In this document: in pieces, positions 26,295 to 38,638 of the stretch
Numbering within the stretch: position 1 is the first letter of the stretch
Layout of the letters: each line of letters starts with the position of its first letter
Assembly (NCBI GenBank): GCA_951804945.1
Contig: OX638151.1
Span: forward strand, 73,160,001-73,224,000
Length of the DNA stretch: 64,000 bases
Direction: 5' to 3'
Source of the DNA: Podarcis cretensis
Taxonomy: Eukaryota
Notes under the pieces: model-generated
Seen by the model: the letters and a program-made list of their open reading frames with translations, nothing else
The model's database searches: none
What the model was told of the DNA's origin: nothing
Made by a program: the position numbers and the translations under genes

Positions 26295-26441
26295 GAGCAT
26301 GTGCCTACCTGGCTTCAGAACACCCACATCTACAATTGGCCCCAAAATAAAAAGAACATTCTGTTGCGGTTGCTGAGAGAAGAGGAATATGTTGCTCCTC
26401 CGATAGGACCTTTGCCCACTCTCCAGGTTGTGCCTTTATGA
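26295..26441 (+). CDS. TRAF3IP2: TRAF3IP2 terminal coding exon; stop TGA at 26439-26441
   Basis: Reads [48 protein letters not shown], matching the Act1 C-terminus. The spliced CDS totals 1632 nt (543 aa). Confidence 0.97.
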   Translation, partial: EHVPTWLQNTHIYNWPQNKKNILLRLLREEEYVAPPIGPLPTLQVVPL

Positions 26442-26857
26442 ATGTCCATTAAAGTGCATATGAAGCAATTGTTGTATAACTGTTGGCTGGCAGCCAGGGT
26501 TTTCCTGGCTTCCCCTTCTAGGGTGATGAACAGCATGTGCACACAGACACACACACTAGAATTGTCTTGGGTTAATGCAAGCCCATGTGTTTTCTTTTAT
26601 TCTGAATGTTTCCTTCTGCAACTGATCAGGCACGTTGCTTCCCTGGCAATATTTAAACAAACTGCAAATGGAAATAATGTCTCATCGCTTTGTCTTCTAG
26701 CAACTTGCTTTCGAAGTCTGCGGCACAGCCAGTTAGTACAGTGAGTGGCACTGTAATAAGCAAAACAATTGCATTCCTGTTTCCTCTGGGTTCCTTTTAT
26801 TATTGGCCAGCTGTTCTTGCATTGTGCAATGGTCTCCTGCAGTCATTTCATATACAC

Positions 26858-26863
26858 AATAAA
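26858..26863 (+). terminator. Candidate TRAF3IP2 polyadenylation signal AATAAA (another cluster at ~27551-27564)
   Basis: First AATAAA ~420 nt after the stop codon, followed by a T/GT-rich stretch. Confidence 0.5.
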
Positions 26864-26976
26864 ACTCTGGTCTTTCGTATAGATTGCTATCGTTCTCACT
26901 GTAGAGAAAGAGACAAGTGTTTCAACAGTTTAATTGTGGGTAAACACAGACATTAACCCCCCCCCAAGGTTAATGG

Positions 26977-26978
<2 letters not shown>

Positions 26979-27010
<32 letters not shown>
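26979..27010. repeat. (TG)n microsatellite
   Basis: Direct reading; a similar tract lies at 44649-44680. Confidence 0.95.
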
Positions 27011-27013
<3 letters not shown>

Positions 27014-28914
27014 CCTTTTCATACATCATGGAGTTTTCTTTGCTGGTTTGGCGGTGAACCATAGCATAATGATTTTATGCTGGATTCGAGCAGCATAAAC
27101 TGTTAAACGCAGGTGAAGCACCATCTGTGCTCTATTTGAATACCCTACCACTTATTAGGGTAGAGCTGCACATTACACTTGACATGCGGCTACTCCTCCA
27201 AACAGCATCCTCTAATGTCAGTCTCCCCTATTACATGCAGAATTGCTTATCCTGTGACATGACAACTCCATGAACTGCATTTCTTTACCAGTGTCAGCTG
27301 GGGATACTGTATGTAAACCTGAGGGATCTTTATTGAGAAGGCAGCTGTTGACATGGGTGGAGGACAGTTAAAGGCTACATTCCCTGTTCAACAGGTGATG
27401 GAAGCTTACCCAACCCACCGCAAGCCTAATAGAAGCATGAGGTTTTTTTTTTACAGGATTGCAACTGGGATGATAAGGCTTAAAGCTCACCTCCCTGTGT
27501 GTTGTGGTATTGATCAAACTCCGGGTTCCATAACTATTGCTCATTACAAAAATAAATAAATAAACACCACCTATGACTGATTTAGCATTCTGAGTAGTTC
27601 TGCCCTTAGACTGTAACCTGCAACATATTGGGAAGTAAGTTCAACTGAAGCTGACAGAACTTCATTCTGAATAAAGCTGAACATGGAATAGGTTGGAAAA
27701 AGTTTACTGCTGGTTTGACTTAATTAAAACTAGTGTGAAAGGGGAAAGGAGGCCCAATAGTATAGATTATGAAAATGAGTCTCAGAACATGCCAGGAGTT
27801 GAAGAAGAAATATTACCATATATTTGCTGCCCAAATCCATTATGTTTCCATGTAAATAACAACATAACAAATGAGATAAGTGCTCAGTTAATTAATGAGT
27901 ACATTAAGGCTGCCATTCTTACCTAGCAGAAATTATTGATTTGGGGTAATCATGAAGGTAGAAAGTTGCCACAAGAGCATGTTTAGAATGAGAGAATGTG
28001 TCTTCCCCCACCGCCCACCAAGAGTAATTGGATTTATATAGGAGCTAATGCAGTGCAGTTTCCCCTCTCAAAACAGTATTTCAGCTGACGCACACACAAA
28101 CCTCTAACTCCAAATTGAATGCCAATTTCATTGTTCTCTTCAAACCCATAAACACCCATACATTTTATAAAAATGTTAGGGACATAGTGTATTCATACAG
28201 TTAAACGTGTCTTTGGCACCTTAAAAATACAATACAGTGTGTTTATAGGTTTTTGTTTTAAACACTTTTCTGAATAGGATGGGAGCGTTGCAAGTGGGGG
28301 CAACGCAAGTGCAGCTGCATCTCTGCATCAGTCCTTAGATTTCACATGGAGATGCAGCTGACAGGAAACTTCCAAAAAGGTACAAGTATCCTATTAGTCC
28401 CATTATCCATTGTAGTGCTGCACTGTACCTATAGGCATGAACCGAACATTTCATTAGTGTGCACCCAGGGGAATTTTATTTTAAGGTGAATATTTATTGA
28501 ATGCATACTCATAAATGACATTGTTTTTATCCAAGGAAACTAAAGAAACTAAAACGTTTTTAAAAATTAACTAAACTTTATTTTAAAAATGCAAACTTAA
28601 AAAATGAGACACAAAATACCATTTTCCCCCTGTAGATAAACAGGCATATACAAACAGTCCATGTTCATGATTTTTATCATTAACCAGATAAGGAGCTAAC
28701 CTAAACCAGCCAAAACATATGGCGTCTTTCTTTCTGTCCTAAAGAATGAGGATCTCTCACCAGGTGTTATGGACTTAAATTGCTCAATCACATTACTGCA
28801 GTTAACTGACGAAGCAAAGGGCGGGATGAATCCTCCTCCATCTCCTTGCTTGCATGCCACAAAAGCAGCCCCTCACCCCAACAGATTTCTTTCTACAAAA
28901 TGTAGCGAGTGGAG

Positions 28915-29165
28915 CTTGGACAAAGCCACAAGACAGAGATGCAGGCAGAAGGAAAGGGCTGGAATGGATCTGCAGCTTCTGCCTGCATTTGACTCTGGAA
29001 ACGGCAGTGGAGTGATTGGCTCCAGTGGCGGCAGTACAGGAGGAGCCAGTCACCCCACTGCCACTGCCACTTCCAGAGGCAGACACAGGCAGAAGCTGCA
29101 GATCCATTCTAGCCTTGTTATTCTGCCTGTATCTCTCTGTTTTCCTCCTGCTTTTGTCTCTCCTC
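28915..29165. repeat. Long imperfect inverted repeat (~100-bp arms, ~18-nt loop)
   Basis: gaatggatctgcagcttctgcctg pairs with caggcagaagctgcagatccattc, and the flanks continue to pair. Confidence 0.9.
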
Positions 29166-31947
29166 CCTCCACCACTTTCCCACAGGTTATGGCAATTGAC
29201 AGAGCTAGGTTGCTGCTCCATACCCTCTCCTCCTCACTATGATCCCTGTCTTTTTGAAACATTAGGATGTGTCTGGGTGTACCCCGTGTGCATGCCAATG
29301 ACCGTCCCAAGAACTGCCCATTTGCCACTCTGAAGAGCCAAAACAAATGTGAGGTTAAATGCACTTAACATGCCTGTTTTTACTCTTAACAACAGCAACT
29401 GTGCAGGATGGGGTTAGGAGAAATAGGAGGGGGGGTGTTAACCACAGCAGCCCCTCCCCACTTGCTATTGTTCACACCTTGCCTCTCAAGTTGCTGCTAG
29501 CCCAATAAGAGAAGCTTCCATTAGCAAACACACAAAATTACACCCTCGCTTTTAGGTTCTGTTTGGCACCATTTAAACAAGAAAGCCAAAACCTATTACT
29601 ACATGCGCAGCAAGATAAACAAGAGAGCTTTGCCCAAAAGAGTTGTTTAATTGAAAAGGCCTGTTGTTAAAGGCCTAGCATCCCTTATCTCAAGTTACCA
29701 GGGCTGGGGGTGCAGCAGGAATCAGGAATGACTGCTACTAACCTCTGTAAAGTTCAAAGGGAGAAATAGTTTGCAGCTCTGTGACACACAAGCGAGACAG
29801 GCTGCTGAAAGGGAAAGATAATTACTATAATTTATCACTTGTCCACATTAATGAAGCTTGGGTGAATACCTGGATTTTTAAAGAAACAAAGCTGCATATC
29901 CTTGTACAACAAGTTTACCATGGCAACAGGCAGAAACTAGCCTCTTGGAGCTATCCTATCACTGAAGGGACAGAGTAGGTTTGACTTAGACTTGAAAGAA
30001 AACAGTCACGTACTCAAAGAAATGGCAGTGGGCAGGGCTTACTAAAGCAGCTCTGTTTGTGTTCTTTCTGATAATCAGGCAAAGGGTATTTGTTTATTTA
30101 AAGATTGTTCCTTGTCCTAATCAAGAATTGGCCTTGGGTTGTTTTGTTCTGCTGTTTAGAGAGCTGGATCAGAAAAATAGGTAACCCTTACCTTGGGGTC
30201 CCTATAGTGTAGCGCTGCCACTTGTATTTAGATAGAAAAGGAGGGCAATGAGCTTATATTTCAGGCCTTATGTAATCAGGCTTCAGAAATGCTTCTATTT
30301 ATGCCCACAGCTCCAATTCTGTACAATGAATGTAGGATGCTGCTGAATCCTGAAAAGGGTACTTGCCAGTTGCTTTGGCGAGCTTCCCTTTATCTGAAAA
30401 GGAAGAGCGGAAGCAGCAAAGACAAGTTCCTCAGTGTGCTTGTGTCCTAAAAGCCTTTTAATTGATTTCTAGTCCTTCATTGCACTTTTTTTAAAAACGC
30501 ACAAAGCTCATGAATTTCAGCATAGCCACACCTGTTCCATTAAAATAATATTTGTACAGTCAAGCAGCAGCTATACAGCTTAGTTTATCAGCACAGATAA
30601 GGGCCTCCCAGCAGAAGGGAAGCTCATAAAAGGACTGTTGCTCAAAGGTCTAGCTGTTTTTGTTGCTACACCACTCCCACTAATAATAATAATGTGAGTG
30701 GGCTCATGTCTAGGCATGTAAGAAACACATTTTTATCAAGCCCAGCTAACACATGGACACAGTGTCCATGCAATACAACGTACTGTACATGGTACACAGT
30801 ACATTGTACACAGTACAAATGTGAAGGCTTTAGCTGACAGCTAACTGTGCATTGATTTACACTTTATTACTAAAGGTTCTCTGTAGCTTCATTGAGACTA
30901 TGTTCCTTTCCATGCTTCCTCTCTGAGCTTCTGAATAAGGATAGGGGAGAATGAACTTCCTGAATCATTCACTTCCCTACAAAGAAATGCATTGTTTTCT
31001 GACCAAAGAAGCCTATCCATCAGTAAACAGTTTGTGTGGGAGCCTCTGAAGAGTCTTCTAGGAGGAGAGCTTATTCTCCCAGATCTATTTGTCTAATGAA
31101 GTGGATCATGTGATAAATGTGCATAATGAGTTTTCTCAGTTGCCAGTGGAAATCCTAGCAGATAAAACACTAAATCTCACAGGCATCACTGGATGCATAA
31201 CAAGCTGATCACAGAGAGCCAAAGTCATTTGGAGAATGCTTCCTTTTCTCAACCAGAATGAAGATGCACAAAAAAGCTAATGTACTCCAGCTAAATTCTA
31301 AAACCTTGGCCTCACCAAATCCTATCAAGTCTATTACACAACATATACTACAACTTAAGAAAATGAACAAATCACAATTTGCTGTTCACCTGCCAGTTCC
31401 AATGTATGAAAGTATTACTGCCACATAGGAGGTGGGCTTTAGGGGAGCATATCCTCCCCCCACCAAAGTGTTGTGAAAAAACTGTTTTACTCAATAACAT
31501 AATTACTGAATCAAGTATAAAATAAGATACTACAGTTGAACAACACGTAGCTCTGCTTTAAATCACTGACTAAAGCTGAGGAAATAACATTACTGACATT
31601 TAACTCTGGTTCCTGTTATCTCCAATAGCAAGTGATGTGAAAGATTACCTCAGGTCCCCCCCCCAGGTGACCCATTTATTGAGCATTTGTGATTTCCCCC
31701 CAGGGAAATTAGATGACATTTGGCTATTGAAGGAGCATTCATTCTGATTTGTTTGTGAGGTGGTTAGATCACATTGCATCAAAGCAGTGTTATCTCACAC
31801 TTTCTAGTGCATTTCCAATCATTCCTTATCACAAGAAGTATGATCTTTTGAGGAAGCAAGTTTGTTGCACAACTATGATTGAGCAACCTGAATTTGCCAG
31901 TATGTGACAGAATCAGAACTGGAAATAGTAAATTTGGAAGTGCCCTC

Positions 31948-32423
31948 TGTGGCGATCACACAGGGTTCCTGGACGTTTGACAGTCTATTGATACCCGTGC
32001 CACCACTGTGATTGCTTCCCCGCTGCCACCAACCCGTTTCTCCCGGGTACACACAGAGTCCAGACAGTTATTAACATTAAATCAAATAAGCAAGTTTATT
32101 TTATAAGCCTTAACAAGTTTATGGTTTCAGATAATTTTTCTTGTCAGTTTCTTAATCTTAGTTTCTATACCGGCTTATACCTTTCCTAATAACTGCTAAC
32201 TGATTATCCCAACTGTCTATCTGACTCCTGCTATCAGTTTCTCTCACTCTCTCGCAACACAACTCGACCAACCCACAGACTTATCCTCCCTCTTCCTTCT
32301 CCAACTCCCAACTAACTTCCCAACAATTACAACTCTAACTCCTCCCCTTGGGTTCCCACTGGCCAATCACTTCACACTCATTTAACCCTTTTCTTATGAC
32401 CCACCTAGGAGGCAAATGCCACA
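31948..32423 (-). mobile_element. Solo-LTR-like element (TGTGGC...GCCACA)
   Basis: TG...CA termini with a 6-bp inverted repeat; minus-strand TATAA and AATAAA in LTR order; flanked by a 72-bp direct repeat. Confidence 0.7.
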
Positions 32424-32654
32424 CTGATTGAGCAACCTGAATTTGCCAGTATGTGACAGAATCTGACCTGGAAATAGTAAATTTGGAAGTGCCCTCAGAC
32501 ACAAAAGAGTCATTGACAAAGCAGACAATGGGCAAGGATGGACAAATAGTCTGATCTGGTGATAAAATAGCTTGTGTTCCTTTGTTTTAGAAATCCACAT
32601 ATGAAGTTAGAGACCTAGCTGCTTATTATTTCTAGCACTACAATACTTCTCTTA

Positions 32655-32744
32655 GGCTGCCATTCTATGCCTACTCATGTGGGAATAAGCCCTATTAAAC
32701 TCAATGTGGCTTACTCCTGAGTAGTCATGTGCAAGATTGTGCAG
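32655..32744. mobile_element. ~90-bp palindromic MITE-like repeat (relatives at ~3318, 4079, 15833, 20505, 24000, 27610, 42891)
   Basis: Recurrent pattern gc.caatcct...gtaagccc.attga..tcaatgggcttact...aggattg.gc. Confidence 0.55.
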
Positions 32745-35700
32745 TTAATTGTGTTTTTGTTTTGTTTTTTTTGACTGCATATAAGTAACTAACTAGCTGA
32801 GGGCCAGTTTTTGCCCTGGTATGGTTCCAAAGAAGTACAGAATAACATCTGGAATTAATTACACCATGGCTTCGTGAAGTAAGGCTCTACTTCTGCAGAA
32901 GTTATACAATGTTTAATGTTACATTTGGAAAAGCTATACTTTTTTCACTGAGCTGTGGAAAACAATCCTTTCTGTTCTATGCGGGCTAAATAAGGAGTCT
33001 GTTCTAAAAATAGTCACTCATATTGGTCTAGTTATAGCAAGAGTTATAATCGTTTACAGATCTGTGAGGATCAAGTTCAAGTGAGGACATACAAGCAGAG
33101 AGGAACGGATTTGCATTTGGCCTGTTAACTGAGAAGCCATGTTCTTGTTTGCTCATTAGCAGAACTGAAATGATCTTAGCTCTCTGTTTAGTTTGAGATG
33201 CTAGGGTTTCATACTTCAAGAAATTATATTTCATTCTTTAAAGAGATACTTATATAAATATTGTGGAGTCAGTAAGATATGGTTGAGTATAACATTAACT
33301 GTAACATTTTTTAATAAGTATCCATTTTGTTAAATATCAAAAGCACACATAAAAAGGAAATCAGACAATTACAATGATATAGCCTTGCCACAAATACAAA
33401 TCAAAACTAAACAATAAATACATACTACATATTCCAAGAGTGCAGAACATTTGGTCCTCCAGATGCTGCTGAACTAAAACTTCCATCATTCCTGGCCAGC
33501 TGATGCTAATGGGAGTTGTAGCTCAGGAACATCTGGAGGGCAAAGGTTCCACACACCTGATCTAACATGACAAATGAAAAAAGAGATAAATCCATTTTGC
33601 AATCACATATTAATAAACAATTCTGTTTTCTTCTACTGAATTTTAAATGTAGCTCAAAAATGTAATAAATATATTAAAAGGATGATTGTGGTCTGCTATT
33701 TATTCAATCAGAATATATGGAAAGGCACATCAGCATTCTCCGTAGCATTTTAAATGTTACCCTCAAGATAAATATAACATATGCTTACATAGCAAAGATT
33801 AACAGTTAACTGCAGAATAAACAACACAATTTGAGGGATGCTACTGAAACTCACACTAGGCATAATTTTATCATTTACAGCCCTGTATTCAGAGCACTGA
33901 TCTTGCATATTTCCCATTTACTGTAATCAGAAGTCCTACAAGTTGAGTGATTTGAAAAAGTCAGCAGTTATTTTGCAGCAGTACGCTATAAGAAAGGGAT
34001 CCTACTTTCGCTTAAAACATAAGCAAGAGCTAACGAGAAAAGATGCATCTAGGAAAATTAAGATATAAGAAAAACAACCTGATAAAACATATGAGAGAAT
34101 GTGAGAACCATTTTGCAAAAGCTGAAAATGAGCAGTAAATGAAATGTGAATCTGCACTGTGATGCCAATTTCAAGAAAGCCATTGCAGGCTTGAGGCAAA
34201 AGTACTAAGAACAGAAAGATAAGAACTCATCACAATGTCTGCTTAGACTGAGATGATCTGTTCCTGCAGATTCCACAGCACTGTGGGATCATGCAAGGTC
34301 CTCAGCATTCAAAGCAGTGGAAAACACAAGTATCTGTTCAATTATTTAATTCAATAAACAAAATAGAATTTTGTCATGTTTTCACTAGACAAAAACTGAC
34401 CTCATTTATTAAATATTTTACTTGCTGAAACAACTGAAATATTCAAGGTTGACAGCTTTTCCATGCTCAGGGTTGCTGGACATAACACAGATTGTTTAAA
34501 AAAAAATCCTTTCATACATTTTCCACCGGCAAACAGAGCTGCAGCAGAAATTATGTGTTCATTGTCAGGACCTGCAAAACAATCAAGTACTTCATACTAG
34601 GGGGGAAAACTAGCAGTAGCTAAAATTTTGTTTGCCCACAGTTCTTCACTAATTCTGCTATTTCTCTATTCCAAATGTCACTTTCTATGCTGTTGTGACA
34701 TGGAGTTAACAACTATTTATTATGTACTGCATCCCAAGTCACTGAATGCAAACCAATTCCAACTGTTTGACTTACAATGAATGGGGAGTAGCAGAACATA
34801 TTAGCATGCAGGGCCTGGGGGGAAAAATACCGTAGTTCTGCTGCTGCTGCTACCACTAATAGACATTAAATGTACAATCACAAAACTGAACTTAATCAGA
34901 ACCACCAATCAAGCTATAGTTGTTAAAATGTTCACACACACACAATAGAGCCAATTACAGAGCCAGTTATCAAAACAGCAAAATTTTTGTTTGCATTCCT
35001 GGTGGTCTTTTCAAAACTAATGTTATTGCTTTCCATAAGCGCAAACCATAGATAATTAAGCATCAGTCTTACACGACAATCCACAAGACTTAACCATAAC
35101 TAGAAATTCTATTGCTTTGAGTACCATTCACAGACACATGCTTCATTTTCTATGAAGCACACTCTACCAGTACACTCATAGCTACTAATTCAGATGAGCC
35201 TATATAAGAAATGTTAAATAGTTGGTAGAAAAAACTACTTTCATTCTTTGACATGCTTCTATCTTCCTTTAAATGGTCCTGTGATTCCTTGGAAGGAGCC
35301 TCACTAGTATATTTGATGAGAAAGATGAACCCGGACCTGAAAACATTGGAAAGAAATATCATTTTTACTTCTTTGCATTCTATTTTTTAACTTAACTTTT
35401 AAAAATCCATTAAAAGAGTATATATTTCATAAACAAAGTGAAGACAGTAACTTTATATGAAAAAGATTGCTCTATTATATATACATATACACTTTTAAAT
35501 TGTATTTTTAAACAATAAAATCTGATAGAAATTAACAGAACAGGGTCCATCTATCACGTTTGTTTCAAACTTTGCTGACTTTGGCTTATCAGTTACTATT
35601 GAGAAATTAATGCTATCCCTGTCCTCTTCACTTTTTGCAGACAGGGGAAAAATGATTCCTCACAAAATAATGTTCTGTTGATTCCAGCTTCATTATATTT

Positions 35701-38039
35701 AAAAATTTAGCTAGACTGATTTTAACTAAATTAATTTTGTGTAATGGTGTAATTTATTTGCACCATTTTTGCTTTGTGGAGTTATGGTTTGTTTTTAACT
35801 TTTTACCCAAGTTTTTTTAGTGTCATGCTATTTTGTTTTTAACGCTATGTATAACTCAGAAACCCATTTGGGACAGATAGGTGACTAAGAAATGACTCAA
35901 TACATGCATTTAGGCAGAGCTGTTTAATTTTCTTTGGTACCAGTTATTTATTCTAATTTGTAGCTGATTACTGAGGAATGTAAATGTTGCTTAGCAACAG
36001 ATGTCAGAAGTTCTGAAGGGCAAAGGGCAGAAATTCCTCATTTCAACACAAAATCTGACTAGGGCCTTTGGATATTGCATAATATGGTTAAGTATCTTCT
36101 TTTCCCTATGAAATTTCTATTTTAACAGTGGCTAACAAGCTTCAACAATGTTCATAATAAGTGTCTGTGCACACTCTACGAACTTCAGAGGTGTATGTCG
36201 ACAATGATTATTTAAACATTAAAATAATTTGTGTGACAATTTACCAGACAATGTGTTTCAGTTCTAAACAGGATTTGAACATATCTGTTCAAGAAGATAA
36301 ATACAGAAACAGACAACTGGTCTCTTCCTGCACCTCTGCACACTCTCCAAAAGCAGCTCACACTTTTCCCCTCCACACTGTCTGCAAGGTTGCTCACACT
36401 CTCCAACTGCCCCCTCTGAACACTCTCTCAAGCTGAGTGCAGTGGTGGGTAGGATTGCTGGACACCTATTCCCCTTTAAATTTTTTCAGCCAAATGTGTA
36501 AAGTTGGACTTGCATGTGTTAAATGAACATAAGTCACAGGTTATCTGTACTGGACAAAAAAGGAGGGAAAATTCCGCTATATTTTCAGAACTGACCATTA
36601 CTTATCTCTTAGGAAACTGACGTACACAGAGTCAGAACACTGATCCACCTAACTCAGTATCAACTCTTGACCAGGTTTGCACATTGTATCAAACCACAGT
36701 TTAGCATTACATGTGACTTCAGTCATGCACTTTACTATGGTCTGTTAACAAAAAAGCCATGGTTTGATGCTGACTTTAACTATGGTTTAGCATTATGTCT
36801 GAACACAGAGTTTTCTAACCATGGTTTCATGGTTGTTGGTTGGCTTGCCCCACTCATATTGCTCTTCAAGCAACTGGGAAACCAGCCAAGAGCAGCTGAA
36901 AATAATCCATTCTCAGCTCTTCTTGTCACTTTCTCCTAAGCTGATATTACCATTAATTGTACACTTTTTGCTTTCTAACCTCACCATCCAACCTTTGATT
37001 CACAGCTGCGGCAAACACTGCAGATGAATTGATTTAATATTTTGGTGGATTTTTTGCTGTTGAAATACTGAACTTATCTGTGGGTGGGTGGGGGAATAAT
37101 GTTTTGTTGCATGCCTTAGTTAACTTGCAGAGAGCTTCTCAAGAAAAAGTGAAGACAGCAAAGTATGCCTATCAACAAGGTCTGTTCCTGGAATTCCTTC
37201 CCTCCACATTCCTCTTTATAGCAATGGCTTGGAACATTTAGAAAACTTTCATGGAACATTTCCAAAGTCTGCACTGCTTAAGAAGGAACCCTTCTCCCAC
37301 AAGCAGCAATTTGTTTCCCTCTTTTCTTTCCACTATACCACTGAACAATGACTCTTCTTCAGATGGGAAGATTATAACTGGCACAATGTAAGCCAGTATA
37401 CAAGAAACCAGCAGAAATTTAGCAACCATTTTATGCTTACTATTCCCTGAATTTCTACTCTTAGATTCCTGTTAGAGAAATCTGATTTGAGGTTGGCCTA
37501 AGTCCTGAAAAAGAGGCATCCCGCAGAGACACTTACCCATATGTGAAACTCTGTTCAGCTTGGTCACATGTCCTACCAACCCAGCATAACTCATACTTAT
37601 GAGTTACTGTATAAGTATCTGATACATACATACATACATACATACATATCTGATCATATTAACAGTGAATTTTGTGTGTGTGCTTCTTATCTTGGGTGAC
37701 CAGTAGCATAGTCCAATAAATGGGCCTAACTGATGCTACTGCACTGCTGAGAACCCCTACTAGGTTTGGCAGGTCTATTATATCATTGCAAACCGCAAGA
37801 GCCCACAGTTGGCTTATCTATGTGACACACTAATGACCAAAAGGCCACCAACAAAACTAAGCGTGTGGTAAAAGTAGGTAAGTGTGCTTGTCCATCGATT
37901 ACAGTGGCTGACAAAATAGCTCAAGGAAATCAAAAGGGCCATAACTCTTTCAAGCAGAATCATAGCCAGTATGATTAATAGCTATTGATAGACCTGGTCT
38001 CTGTAAATTGTTCTTATCCTCTTTTAAAACCATCAAATA

Positions 38040-38638
38040 CAGTGGTACCTCAAGTTACATATGCTTCAGGTTACATACACTTCAGGTTACAGACTCTGCT
38101 AACCCAGAAATAGTACCTTGGGTTAAGAACTTTGCTTCAGGATGAGAACAGAAATCGTGCTCCGGCAGCGCGGCGGCAGCGGGAGGCCCCATTAGCTAAA
38201 GTGGTGCTTCAGGTTAAGAACAGTTTCAGGTTAAGTACGGACCTCCGGAACGAATTAAGTACAGTGGTGCCCCGCAAGACGAACGCCTCGCAAGACGGAA
38301 AACCCGCTAGACGAAAGGGTTTTCCGTTTTGGAGGCGCTTCGCAAAACGAATTTCCCTATGGGCTTGCTTTGCAAGATGAAAATGTCTTGCAAGTTCTGC
38401 GGGGGGTTTTCCCTTTTTTCCCCCTTTTCCTAAGCTGTTAAGCCGCTTATCAGCTGATACGCTGATAAGTCGCTTAACAGCTGATCGCTAAAAGCCGCTA
38501 AACCGCTAATAGCGCTAATCCGCTAAACTGTCAATGGGCTTGCTTCGCAAGACGAAAAAACCGCTATATGAAGAGCCTCACGGAACGGATTAATTTCGTC
38601 TTGCGAGGCACCACTGTACTTAACCCGAGGTACCACTG
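38040..38638. mobile_element. Tigger/pogo-like MITE containing a nested MITE
   Basis: TA|CAGTGGTACCTC...GAGGTACCACTG|TA. Confidence 0.9.
38262..38616. mobile_element. Nested Tigger/pogo-like MITE
   Basis: TIRs CAGTGGTGCCCCGCAAGACGAA / TTCGTCTTGCGAGGCACCACTG match at 21 of 22 positions; TA TSD. Confidence 0.92.

Noticed and set aside
28769-29364. Mirror ORFs sharing MDLQLLP on both strands
   Set aside because: An artefact of the inverted repeat.
34140-34235. Box C/D snoRNA (minus-strand GTGATGA)
   Set aside because: No properly spaced CTGA box D or terminal stem was found.
37238-37429. 63-aa minus-strand ORF with a signal-peptide-like start (MVAKFLLVSCILAYIVPVII)
   Set aside because: No recognisable homology, and hydrophobic runs are common in T-rich DNA. 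Worth revisiting only if the antisense transcript is confirmed.
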